A stretch of 64,000 nucleotides of DNA, taken from the NCBI GenBank assembly GCA_038327555.1, contig JBBQLD010000001.1:5786-69785 (forward strand), in the 5' to 3' direction. This stretch comes from Chitinophagales bacterium (GTDB lineage Bacteria; Bacteroidota; Bacteroidia; Chitinophagales; Saprospiraceae). Positions within the stretch are counted from its first letter, which is position 1; every line of letters starts with the position of its first letter. The notes below the pieces were generated by a model. It saw only the letters and a program-made list of their open reading frames with translations. It searched no databases and was not told the DNA's origin. Shown piece after piece: positions 28,213 through 35,881 of the stretch. A program made the position numbers and the translations under genes.

Positions 28213-29610
28213 ATGCCTACAAAACTTGACCGTCGCTCCTTTCTCCAAAATACTGCTCTGGCCAGCGCAGCCATGATGCTGCCTAATTTAAGCAACGCTG
28301 AAAATTCTGCCGCTACCCATATACAAACGAGTAAATCGCCTTTCCGAAGTAAACTCCGAATTGGATTTATCGGTGTCGGTTTGCGTGGCCAAAACCACGT
28401 AGAAGCTGCCCTCCTGCGCGATGATTGTGAAGTAGCTGCCATCGCTGATCCGGATGCTGGCATGTTGGCAGATTGTCTAAAAATGATCAGCGAAAAAGGC
28501 CGTAAAAAACCAGACGTCTATGACAAGGGAGATCATGATTACCTCCGACTGTTAAAGGATAAAAACATTGATGCCGTGGTCATTGCAACACCTTGGGAAT
28601 GGCATACTCAACAATGCGTTGCTGCGATGCAGGCTGGGAAATATGTTGGCACAGAAGTCTGCGGAGGGTTCTCGCTCGATGAGTGCTGGCAGTTGGTAAA
28701 CACTCATGAAGCAACCGGTGCCCACTTGATGTTCATGGAAAATGTGTGTTACCGGCGTGATATAATGGCTGTGATGCAAATGGTTCGGGAAGGATTATTT
28801 GGCGAACTTATTCACCTTGAAGGTGGATATGAACACGACCTGCGCGGGGTGAAATTTAATGACGGAAAAACACCCTACGATTCTGGCGCGGAGTTTGGCG
28901 AAAAAGGTTACTCTGAAGCCAAGTGGCGCACTAAACATTCGGTGCATCGCAATGGCGACCTTTACCCTACCCATGGGGTTGGGCCCATCGCCATGATGAC
29001 CAATATCAATCGCGGAAACAGATTCTTGCACCTTACCGCTACTGCAAGCAAATCTCGTGGCCTACATGATTACGTGGTGAATCATCCACAAGGCGGCCCT
29101 AATCACCCCAACGCCAAAGTGCTTTTTAACCTTGGTGATAAGGTGACCACCATCCTAAAAACCTCGAATGGAGAAACGGTCATGCTCTCTCATGATACCA
29201 GTTTGGCTCGTCCATATTCACTTGCCTTCCGGGTGCAAGGCACACGCGGGATCTGGATGGACTTGAACAAAAGCCTTTTGCTCGAAGGCGTGACGGAAGC
29301 ACACCGTTGGGCTGAAGCAAAAACGTGGCTTGAAAAACATGACCACCCACTTTGGAAAAAATACGGCTCAGATGCCACGGCGGCTGGACATGGCGGCATG
29401 GATTTTTTTGTGTTCCATCACTTTGTAGAATCGGCCAAACTTAACCAGTCCCCACAAATAGATGTGTATGATGCAGCCACCTGGCTCGCCATCACGCCAC
29501 TTTCTGAAGCCAGCATTGCCACGGGTAGTAGCCCTCAGGCATTCCCGGATTTTACGCGCGGACGCTGGACGGAGCGGAAACCGAGCTTTGCGTTTGGGGA
29601 TGAATTTTGA
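28213..29610 (+). CDS. Gfo/Idh/MocA-family oxidoreductase with Tat signal (GH109-like)
   Basis: Twin-arginine motif DRRSFLQNTALASAA and Rossmann motif IGFIGVGLRGQNH. Size and architecture match Bacteroidota GH109-type proteins. Confidence 0.75.
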   Translation: MPTKLDRRSFLQNTALASAAMMLPNLSNAENSAATHIQTSKSPFRSKLRIGFIGVGLRGQNHVEAALLRDDCEVAAIADPDAGMLADCLKMISEKGRKKPDVYDKGDHDYLRLLKDKNIDAVVIATPWEWHTQQCVAAMQAGKYVGTEVCGGFSLDECWQLVNTHEATGAHLMFMENVCYRRDIMAVMQMVREGLFGELIHLEGGYEHDLRGVKFNDGKTPYDSGAEFGEKGYSEAKWRTKHSVHRNGDLYPTHGVGPIAMMTNINRGNRFLHLTATASKSRGLHDYVVNHPQGGPNHPNAKVLFNLGDKVTTILKTSNGETVMLSHDTSLARPYSLAFRVQGTRGIWMDLNKSLLLEGVTEAHRWAEAKTWLEKHDHPLWKKYGSDATAAGHGGMDFFVFHHFVESAKLNQSPQIDVYDAATWLAITPLSEASIATGSSPQAFPDFTRGRWTERKPSFAFGDEF

Positions 29611-29851
29611 TGGGATTAATAATGGGGCTTTGTATTTCTGAAGTCAATTTGTTTTATAAATTTCCCTATATTTCTATATTTTAAGGCGTTCCAGCCAAAT
29701 ATAAAGTGGTATATAAAACATAAAACCTTCATTATCAAGTATTTTACCCTGTAAATATTTTGTTTTAAATACTTACCAACACCCCCTTTTTAAATCTACC
29801 TAATTCGTTCAATATCAGGGGTATTAGAAAAGGGCTAAACTTAGAATCAGG

Positions 29852-30146
29852 TGTGGATAACCACTCCATTCATGCACAAGTTTTCACACCAGTACACCCA
29901 TACAACCCTGAAAAGTGGGGATCAGCAGGAAGCACTGTGTATAAGCGCTCGCTCGTAAACGTTCGTTAACAACAGCCCGAAGATCTAAACGTCTAACACT
30001 ATGTTTTTCCACTTTTTTAGATTTTTCTGTGGAGAAATAGGCAAGTGCTTGATTATAAAAAGCTAATCTTGTGGGTAAGCTGTTGGCAAGGTTGGTAACG
30101 TAACTTAACCTGGACTTTACATGCAATAGTTATAACGTTTTCCACA
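29852..30146. promoter_or_regulatory. cluster of DnaA-box-like 9-mers (candidate oriC / DnaA regulatory locus)
   Basis: tgtggataa 29852-29860 is a perfect reverse complement of TTATCCACA. One-mismatch boxes: tgtgtataa 29936-29944, tgtggagaa 30028-30036, tgtgggtaa 30070-30078, ttttccaca 30138-30146. A two-mismatch ttttccact lies at 30005-30013. An AT-rich tract lies at 29640-29800. Confidence 0.55.
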
Positions 30147-30299
30147 AACTAACAGCCCTTATGATGCCCGTAGGGGTTATTTTTTAAACCATCTAAATTT
30201 CATAGAAAGGAGTCAAGTATGGAAAACTCAAAGTCGAAACGGCTCTACTTTTGTTTGAAGTTTTAAAGTTCTCTAATAAGCACTTAGCGCAACCTATAC

Positions 30300-31382
30300 A
30301 TGGCAAACTCTTTTTTCAAATTCCGCTTTGCGGATGATTTTCAGATTTCGCGAGCAGTCAAAATCTGGCTCATTACTGGTTTGGTGATGATATTTTTTCA
30401 AATTGTAATTGGGGGCGTAACGCGATTAACCGGGAGTGGACTAAGCATCACACGATGGGAAATTGTAACCGGGAGTCTTCCGCCACTTAATGAAACCGAT
30501 TGGTTGTCGGAATTTGAATTGTACAAGCAAACACCTCAATATCAAAAGATTAACCAAGGGATGTCGGTGGACGAATTTAAATTCATCTACTTCTGGGAGT
30601 ATTTCCATAGGCTTTGGGCACGGCTAATGTTCTTTGTTTTTGTCATCCCGTTCGTGTGGTTTTTGTGGCGGGGCATGCTGTCTAGAAAGTTACTTCCCCG
30701 GATGTTGACCGTGGTAGCGCTGGCAGGTCTGGAAGGTTTTTTTGGTTGGGCGATGGTTGCAAGTGGTTTGATCAAAAGACCCTGGGTGAACGCTTACAAC
30801 CTGACTCTGCACCTCTGCATGGCTTTAGTGATTTTTGCATACTTGCTTTGGACCTGGTTTTTGGCGGCTTCGCCCAAGTTGCCTGATTTTACTAGTCCCC
30901 GATTTCGGCGGTTGGCATGGACGCTATTTGGGGTCACTTTTTTCCAAATTGCTTTGGGGGCCATTATGTCGGGCTCGAAAGCTGGATTGTTTTTTCCAAC
31001 TTGGCCAGACATGAACGGAGAGTATTTTCCAACGGTTTTGCTCGATGGCAGCCACTGGACTTTGGATAGTTTTATACATTACGATACCAACCCGTTCATG
31101 CCAGCACTGATTCACCTTTTGCACCGAAATACAGCTTACCTACTAACGGGAATGGTGTTGTACTTTGTGTGGAAAATTTTTCAGGAAAACATTTCTTCGG
31201 TACTGCGGCGCAGTGGATTGGCACTTATTGGAGCGGTGAGTGTTCAGGTTTTACTGGGCATATTCACGGTAATCAATTGCAAGGCAAAAGTTCCGGTTGA
31301 TCTAGGCGTGGCACACCAGGCTTGTGCAGTGATCGTGTTGAGTAGTGTCTTGTGGATATGTTTTCAACTGCGTAAAAAGTAG
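30300..31382 (+). CDS. ctaA: heme A synthase (COX15/CtaA family)
   Basis: 360 aa, 8 TM helices. GGVTRLTGSGLSITRW motif and conserved His-containing helices. Confidence 0.85.
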   Translation: MANSFFKFRFADDFQISRAVKIWLITGLVMIFFQIVIGGVTRLTGSGLSITRWEIVTGSLPPLNETDWLSEFELYKQTPQYQKINQGMSVDEFKFIYFWEYFHRLWARLMFFVFVIPFVWFLWRGMLSRKLLPRMLTVVALAGLEGFFGWAMVASGLIKRPWVNAYNLTLHLCMALVIFAYLLWTWFLAASPKLPDFTSPRFRRLAWTLFGVTFFQIALGAIMSGSKAGLFFPTWPDMNGEYFPTVLLDGSHWTLDSFIHYDTNPFMPALIHLLHRNTAYLLTGMVLYFVWKIFQENISSVLRRSGLALIGAVSVQVLLGIFTVINCKAKVPVDLGVAHQACAVIVLSSVLWICFQLRKK

Positions 31383-31487
31383 AACCCGGGAAGCTTGGTC
31401 TGGAATCAGTCTTTGTTTGCCGCTTTTTTCTACTTTTGCCCATACGACCAATCGTATATCATAGAATCAATCAGAAATATCCCGCGC

Positions 31488-32258
31488 ATGAATTTTCAGA
31501 TACAAGAAGAAGAAGGTTTCAAATACATCGAAACCGGAGGCGATGGTACGCCACTCATGTTGCTTCATGGCTTGTTTGGAGCACTGAGCAACTTTGAGGA
31601 CATCATCAATCATTTTTCTCCTAAACACAATGTGGTGATTCCGCTGTTGCCCATTTATGAATTGCCCATTTTCCAGGTTTCTGTATCGGGATTGGTGGAT
31701 TTTGTGGATAAGTTTGTGGAATACAAGGGATATGAAAAAGTACACGTGCTGGGCAATTCGCTAGGTGGACATGTGGCGCTACTCTATGTCATTGCGCATC
31801 CAGAACGGATTGCATCCGTAACGCTCACCGGAAGCTCAGGTTTGTACGAAAGTGCATTCGGCACCGCCTTCCCCAAGCGTGGTGACTATGAATACATCAA
31901 AACTAAAACCGCCGCAACCTTCTACGACCCAGCCATGGCAAGTAAAGAATTGGTGGACGAAGTGTTTGGCATTGTCAACGACCGGGGCAAAGCCATCCGG
32001 GTAGTAGCCACGGCCAAATCTGCAGTACGGCACAATCTGGCCGATAAACTCCACAAGATCAAAGCGCCCACCCTGCTCATCTGGGGATTACAGGATATTG
32101 TTACCCCTTCTTTTGTTGGAGAAAAATTTCATGAGTTGATAGAAAACTCACAGCTACACATGCTGGATAAATGTGGGCATGCACCGATGATGGAAAAACC
32201 GGCGGAGTTTAATGTTTTGTTGGATGCGTTTTTGGATGAGGTGGAGGGGAAGGGATAG
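31488..32258 (+). CDS. alpha/beta hydrolase
   Basis: ATG at 31488. LMLLHGLFG oxyanion region, nucleophile elbow GNSLGG, C-terminal CGHAPMME (His). Confidence 0.8.
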   Translation: MNFQIQEEEGFKYIETGGDGTPLMLLHGLFGALSNFEDIINHFSPKHNVVIPLLPIYELPIFQVSVSGLVDFVDKFVEYKGYEKVHVLGNSLGGHVALLYVIAHPERIASVTLTGSSGLYESAFGTAFPKRGDYEYIKTKTAATFYDPAMASKELVDEVFGIVNDRGKAIRVVATAKSAVRHNLADKLHKIKAPTLLIWGLQDIVTPSFVGEKFHELIENSQLHMLDKCGHAPMMEKPAEFNVLLDAFLDEVEGKG

Positions 32259-32553
32259 GGGACTTTACCGCAACGGACGGTTAAGGGTAAAACTTGAATC
32301 TAGTTGATCTTTTGTTGTTGGTATTTGAAGTGTTAGCTACAAAGGAAAGGGAAAAGGATCGCGCCCCTGTTTGTCGTCCTGCAGGCTTACCAGATGGTCG
32401 GGATACGAGAAAATTTTGTTCCGCACTCACCAAAGCAAAGCACATCAAAACAATCTGAAAACCAACACTTTAAGACAAAATTAGTCAGAACAAATGGCGG
32501 ATTTGTCTTTTAGCTAAATTAAGATTTTCCAGCCGTACACTTCTTTTTTGCGG

Positions 32554-32660
32554 CTTGTCATTCTGAACGTAGTGAGGAATCTGAGGCCGAAGGCCTAAAA
32601 TTTAGAAGAAAAAGCTTCGGCCTTCGGCCTCAGATTCTTCACTACGTTCAGAATGACAAG
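32554..32660. repeat. 41-bp inverted repeat (1 mismatch) with 25-nt loop
   Basis: cttgtcattctgaacgtagtgaggaatctgaggccgaaggc (32554-32594) versus gccttcggcctcagattcttcactacgttcagaatgacaag (32620-32660). Flanked by an outer partial inverted repeat (gtacacttctttttt / aaaaaagtgtac). Confidence 0.9.
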
Positions 32661-32730
32661 CAATTTGAACGCGCAAATTTTCAAAATAAAAAAGTGTACA
32701 GCTGAAAGAATTAAGATCAATCTGTACCGA

Positions 32731-32758
32731 CCCATCTGGGTATTCTCACCCAGATGGG
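32731..32758. repeat. 11-bp stem hairpin
   Basis: cccatctgggt-attctc-acccagatggg. Confidence 0.8.
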
Positions 32759-32841
32759 AGAAAGCCGATGCAACTGACGCAGTAAAAAAAATCCGACGCA
32801 GCGACGACTGCTCAAACCATCCCCAAAAAAGAAGTGACTCA

Positions 32842-33966
32842 ATGCCCGGCCTCTACCTCCACATCCCCTTTTGCAAGCAAGCCTGCAATTATTGCAATTT
32901 TCACTTTTCTACCACGCTCCGACAAAAAGGAGCCATGGTCGAAGCACTTTTGAAGGAACTTGAATTGCAGCAAGGCTATCTCCAGGGCGAGGAAATTCAA
33001 TCTATCTACTTTGGGGGTGGCACACCATCTTTGTTGGAAGTCGGGGAATTGGAACAGATTTTTGAAAAGATCAACCGAATCCACAAGGTAACGCCCGATG
33101 CCGAGATAACCCTCGAGGCCAATCCGGACGACCTAAGCCCGGAAAAACTCCGGGATTTAAAAAACTATACTCCAGTCAATCGCCTGAGCATTGGCATTCA
33201 GTCTTTTGCTGATGTCGATCTGCGCTGGATGAATCGTGCGCATACCTCTACGCATGCCCGGGCTTGTCTGGATGATGCGCTGGCCAAAGGTTTTCATGAT
33301 TTGACCATTGATTTGATTTACGGCGCTCCGACTACCCCTGACGAGCAATGGGCAGAAAACCTTCGCCTGGCTTTTGAATATGAAATCCCGCACCTTTCCT
33401 GCTACTGTCTTACGGTGGAAGAGGGCACGGCGCTTGGCACATTTGTCCGCCGAGGTCAGCAACCACCGGTAGATGAAGACCGCGCAGCCCGACAGTTTGA
33501 AATGCTGATGGAATCCGCTGCCGGGAAGGGTTATGAGCATTATGAGATTTCAAATTTTGCTCTTCCAGGGCGTTATGCCCGGCACAATACCAATTACTGG
33601 CGATCGGAGTCTTACCTGGGCATCGGGCCTTCGGCGCACTCTTTTGATGGGATTTCCCGACAATGGAATGTCGCAAATAATGCCAAGTATATCAATCAGT
33701 TATGTGAAGGAATTGTCCCTTTCGAACGGGAAGTACTCACGCCTGTGCAACAATACAACGAATATGTGATGACTGCACTGCGCACCATGTGGGGGGCTGA
33801 CCTAGAAAAAATCCGAACCATGGGGGAAGAGTTTACGAAGCATTTCGAAACGCAGGCCCAGTCTTTTTTAGCAAGCGGGGTGTTGGAAAAAGATGCACAA
33901 ACATTTCGGCTTTCTCGAGCAGGTAAGCTTTTGGCAGATCGGGTGGCGATGGAGTTGTTTGTGTAG
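32842..33966 (+). CDS. hemW: radical SAM heme chaperone HemW (HemN-like, oxygen-independent coproporphyrinogen oxidase family)
   Basis: ATG at 32842 gives MPGLYLHIPFCKQACNYCNFHF (CxxxCxxC radical SAM cluster motif), 374 aa. The ORF-track extension back to 32653 runs through the palindromic repeat and is rejected. Confidence 0.85.
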   Translation: MPGLYLHIPFCKQACNYCNFHFSTTLRQKGAMVEALLKELELQQGYLQGEEIQSIYFGGGTPSLLEVGELEQIFEKINRIHKVTPDAEITLEANPDDLSPEKLRDLKNYTPVNRLSIGIQSFADVDLRWMNRAHTSTHARACLDDALAKGFHDLTIDLIYGAPTTPDEQWAENLRLAFEYEIPHLSCYCLTVEEGTALGTFVRRGQQPPVDEDRAARQFEMLMESAAGKGYEHYEISNFALPGRYARHNTNYWRSESYLGIGPSAHSFDGISRQWNVANNAKYINQLCEGIVPFEREVLTPVQQYNEYVMTALRTMWGADLEKIRTMGEEFTKHFETQAQSFLASGVLEKDAQTFRLSRAGKLLADRVAMELFV

Positions 33967-34211
33967 GACGAAATTCATTTCGTCTATTAAAATGACGAAA
34001 TAAATTTCGTTTTACATCAATGACGAAATAAATTTCGTTTTACATCAATGACGAAATAAATTTCGTTTTACATCAATGACGAAATAAATTTCGTCCTACA
34101 TCAATAACGAAATAAATTTCGTCTTACATTAATGACGAAATAAATTTCGTCCTACATCAATAACGAAATAAATTTCGTTTTACAAGACCGTCGAAATGAA
34201 TTTCGTCGTAC
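33967..34211. repeat. about 9 tandem copies of a 28-bp unit, each containing the palindrome (G/A)ACGAAATAAATTTCGT
   Basis: Unit starts at 33967, 33994, 34022, 34050, 34078, 34106, 34134, 34162 and 34190. The period is 28 bp, with 27 bp for the first interval. Consensus is gacgaaataaatttcgttttacatcaat. There are no unique spacers. Confidence 0.95.
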
Positions 34212-34224
34212 TTACCTTTGCAAT

Positions 34225-34911
34225 ATGTTACGAATCCTGTTAGTCGAAGACGAAGCCCATATCCGTGATGCGGTAAAACTCAATCTCGAACTCGAGGGTT
34301 ACGAGGTAGTGAGTACTGGCAATGGCCGAAAAGCGCTAGAACTGTTTGATGGTCAGCATTTTGACTTGCTGCTTCTCGATGTAATGCTTCCTGAAGTGGA
34401 TGGTTTTGACATTACAGAAAAGGTGCGCCTTACCAACACAGAAGTACCTATCCTGTTACTAACGGCCAAAGACATGAGTCAAGATCGTGTGACGGGCCTG
34501 AAAAAAGGCGCCGACGATTACCTCACCAAACCTTTCAACCTCGAAGAATTGTTGCTGCGGGTAAGTAAACTCCTCAAAAGAAGCCAACGCCAAAAAGGCG
34601 ATCCGCTTTCGTTGTTTGAATTTGGGGGCAACAAAATAAATTTTGACACATTCGAAGCCATCACTTTCCGAGGCGAAGCCATCACCCTCACGAAAAAAGA
34701 AACCATGCTGCTCAAGCTCCTCGCCGAACGCAAAGAGGAGGTGGTAAGTCGCAACCAAATCTTGCAAGCCGTTTGGGGTTACGATGTTTTTCCGAGCACA
34801 CGTACGATTGACAACTTCATTTTGTCGTTCAGAAAATACTTCGAGGAAGACCCCAAAACGCCACGCTTTTTCCATTCAATTCGGGGGGTGGGATACAAGT
34901 TTACCTTGTGA
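34225..34911 (+). CDS. OmpR/PhoB-family response regulator
   Basis: 228 aa. Receiver domain (ILLVEDE, DLLLLDVMLPEVDG, LTAK) and winged-helix output (TLTKKETMLLKLL...IRGVGYKF). No histidine kinase gene is adjacent. Confidence 0.9.
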   Translation: MLRILLVEDEAHIRDAVKLNLELEGYEVVSTGNGRKALELFDGQHFDLLLLDVMLPEVDGFDITEKVRLTNTEVPILLLTAKDMSQDRVTGLKKGADDYLTKPFNLEELLLRVSKLLKRSQRQKGDPLSLFEFGGNKINFDTFEAITFRGEAITLTKKETMLLKLLAERKEEVVSRNQILQAVWGYDVFPSTRTIDNFILSFRKYFEEDPKTPRFFHSIRGVGYKFTL

Positions 34912-35017
34912 TCCTGGCATTTAAGCCTCTATCGTTTAGCCCCACGCTTAAGTACTGGAACAAACAAATCACCAAATCCACCAATAAACAAATCACCAAT
35001 CGCCATCAGACCAAGCC

Positions 35018-35254
35018 ATGTGGTTGCTCAAACAAATACTAATTCTCTTCATTCGGTTCTATCAGGTAACACTTTCGCCTTTTTTGGGTGCCAACAAATG
35101 CCGTTATCAGCCGACTTGCTCGTATTTTGCGATTGAGGCTTTGCAGGAATGGGGACCGTTCAAAGGGAGTTACATGGCCGCAAAACGAATATGGCGATGT
35201 CACCCTTGGAGTAAGCATCCCATAAATGACCCTGTGCCGAAAAAACAGGTTTAA
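35018..35254 (+). CDS. yidD: membrane protein insertion efficiency factor YidD
   Basis: 78 aa. YQVTLSPFLG..CRYQPTCSYFAIEAL...G..MAAKRIWRCHPW motif set. Confidence 0.85.
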   Translation: MWLLKQILILFIRFYQVTLSPFLGANKCRYQPTCSYFAIEALQEWGPFKGSYMAAKRIWRCHPWSKHPINDPVPKKQV

Positions 35255-35362
35255 TAATTGAATTTATAAACGTTTTTGGCCGTTTAGTAACGGGTAAATA
35301 ATGGATTCACAATTCTCGCGTTCTTTAGCGGTCTACTCAATAACATACAACCCACTCAATTT

Positions 35363-35518
35363 ATGAAATTTTCCCGCTTTTTCCCTCCGGCACTCCTGCT
35401 AATTTTTGTGATTGCAGTAATTGCCCCGGCTTGCAGCCGCGGATCAGGATGCCCACAGGCTACCCATGCCAGTGATGTTTTTTCAAAAGATGGCAAGAAA
35501 AAAAGCAAGAAAAACTGA
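35363..35518 (+). CDS. mini-lipoprotein sORF 1 (51 aa, Lys-rich tail)
   Basis: Below the ORF-track cutoff. Manual translation gives MKFSRFFPPALLLIFVIAVIAPACSRGSGCPQATHASDVFSKDGKKKSKKN. Has a lipobox APAC and is a paralogue of the next sORF. Confidence 0.45.
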   Translation: MKFSRFFPPALLLIFVIAVIAPACSRGSGCPQATHASDVFSKDGKKKSKKN

Positions 35519-35525
35519 ACCAGCC

Positions 35526-35711
35526 ATGAATATCCGTCGCCATTGGCCCTTGGTTTTTATGCTGTTCTTTTCTTTGGTGTTGGCCGCGCCTGCATGTAGT
35601 AAAAAAAGCGGTTGCCCAGCGGAATCGAGTTTAAAAGCACCTAAAAAGAAAAAGGGCAAAACACAGAAAGGGCTGATGCCCAAGAAGACACGTAAAAAGG
35701 TAGGCGGCTAG
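35526..35711 (+). CDS. mini-lipoprotein sORF 2 (61 aa, Lys-rich tail)
   Basis: Internal ATG of ORF 35421..35711 gives MNIRRHWPLVFMLFFSLVLAAPACSKKSGCPAESSLKAPKKKKGKTQKGLMPKKTRKKVGG. Shares the APACS-x2-SGCP motif with sORF 1 and is followed by a terminator. Confidence 0.5.
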   Translation: MNIRRHWPLVFMLFFSLVLAAPACSKKSGCPAESSLKAPKKKKGKTQKGLMPKKTRKKVGG

Positions 35712-35725
35712 TTTTTCGCCTGGGT

Positions 35726-35768
35726 ACAAATGGGCTGTTCGCCAATGGTGAGCAGCCCATTTGTTTTT
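35726..35768 (+). terminator. rho-independent terminator
   Basis: acaaatgggctg ... cagcccatttgt stem followed by ttttt. Confidence 0.75.
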
Positions 35769-35881
35769 CATTGCTTTCAAATAAAGTTTTTTTGTATTTT
35801 TTTTACATAGAAGCCAAATAGGCCCAATTTTGGTGGCATTTAATTTTTCTCGTTTATTCATACAAACAACCAACTTTTCCT

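Noticed and set aside
29884-30126. 80-aa minus-strand ORF in the large gap. The same gap was also checked as a possible tmRNA, RNase P or SRP RNA gene.
   Set aside because: The ORF overlaps the DnaA-box cluster and has no protein-like motifs. I found no tRNA-like GGTTCGAATCC T-arm, no GGGG...CCACCA ends, no ...YALAA tag frame, and no GAGGAAAGTCC (RNase P) or SRP domain IV motif on either strand.
32653-32841. N-terminal extension of the hemW ORF given in the track (start at 32653).
   Set aside because: The extension begins inside the 41-bp inverted repeat and reads through hairpin sequences. The canonical HemW N-terminus (MPGLYLHIPFC) starts at 32842.
33967-34211. Possible CRISPR array, because of regularly spaced 28-bp palindromic repeats.
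   Set aside because: The units are directly adjacent, with only a conserved ~10-bp linker and no unique spacers. No cas genes are in the window. It is a tandem repeat, not CRISPR.
34213-34220. TACCTTTG matching the Bacteroidota -7 promoter motif TAnnTTTG just before the response-regulator ATG.
   Set aside because: It lies only 5 bp from the start codon, so transcription would start inside the gene. With a single occurrence, coincidence cannot be excluded.
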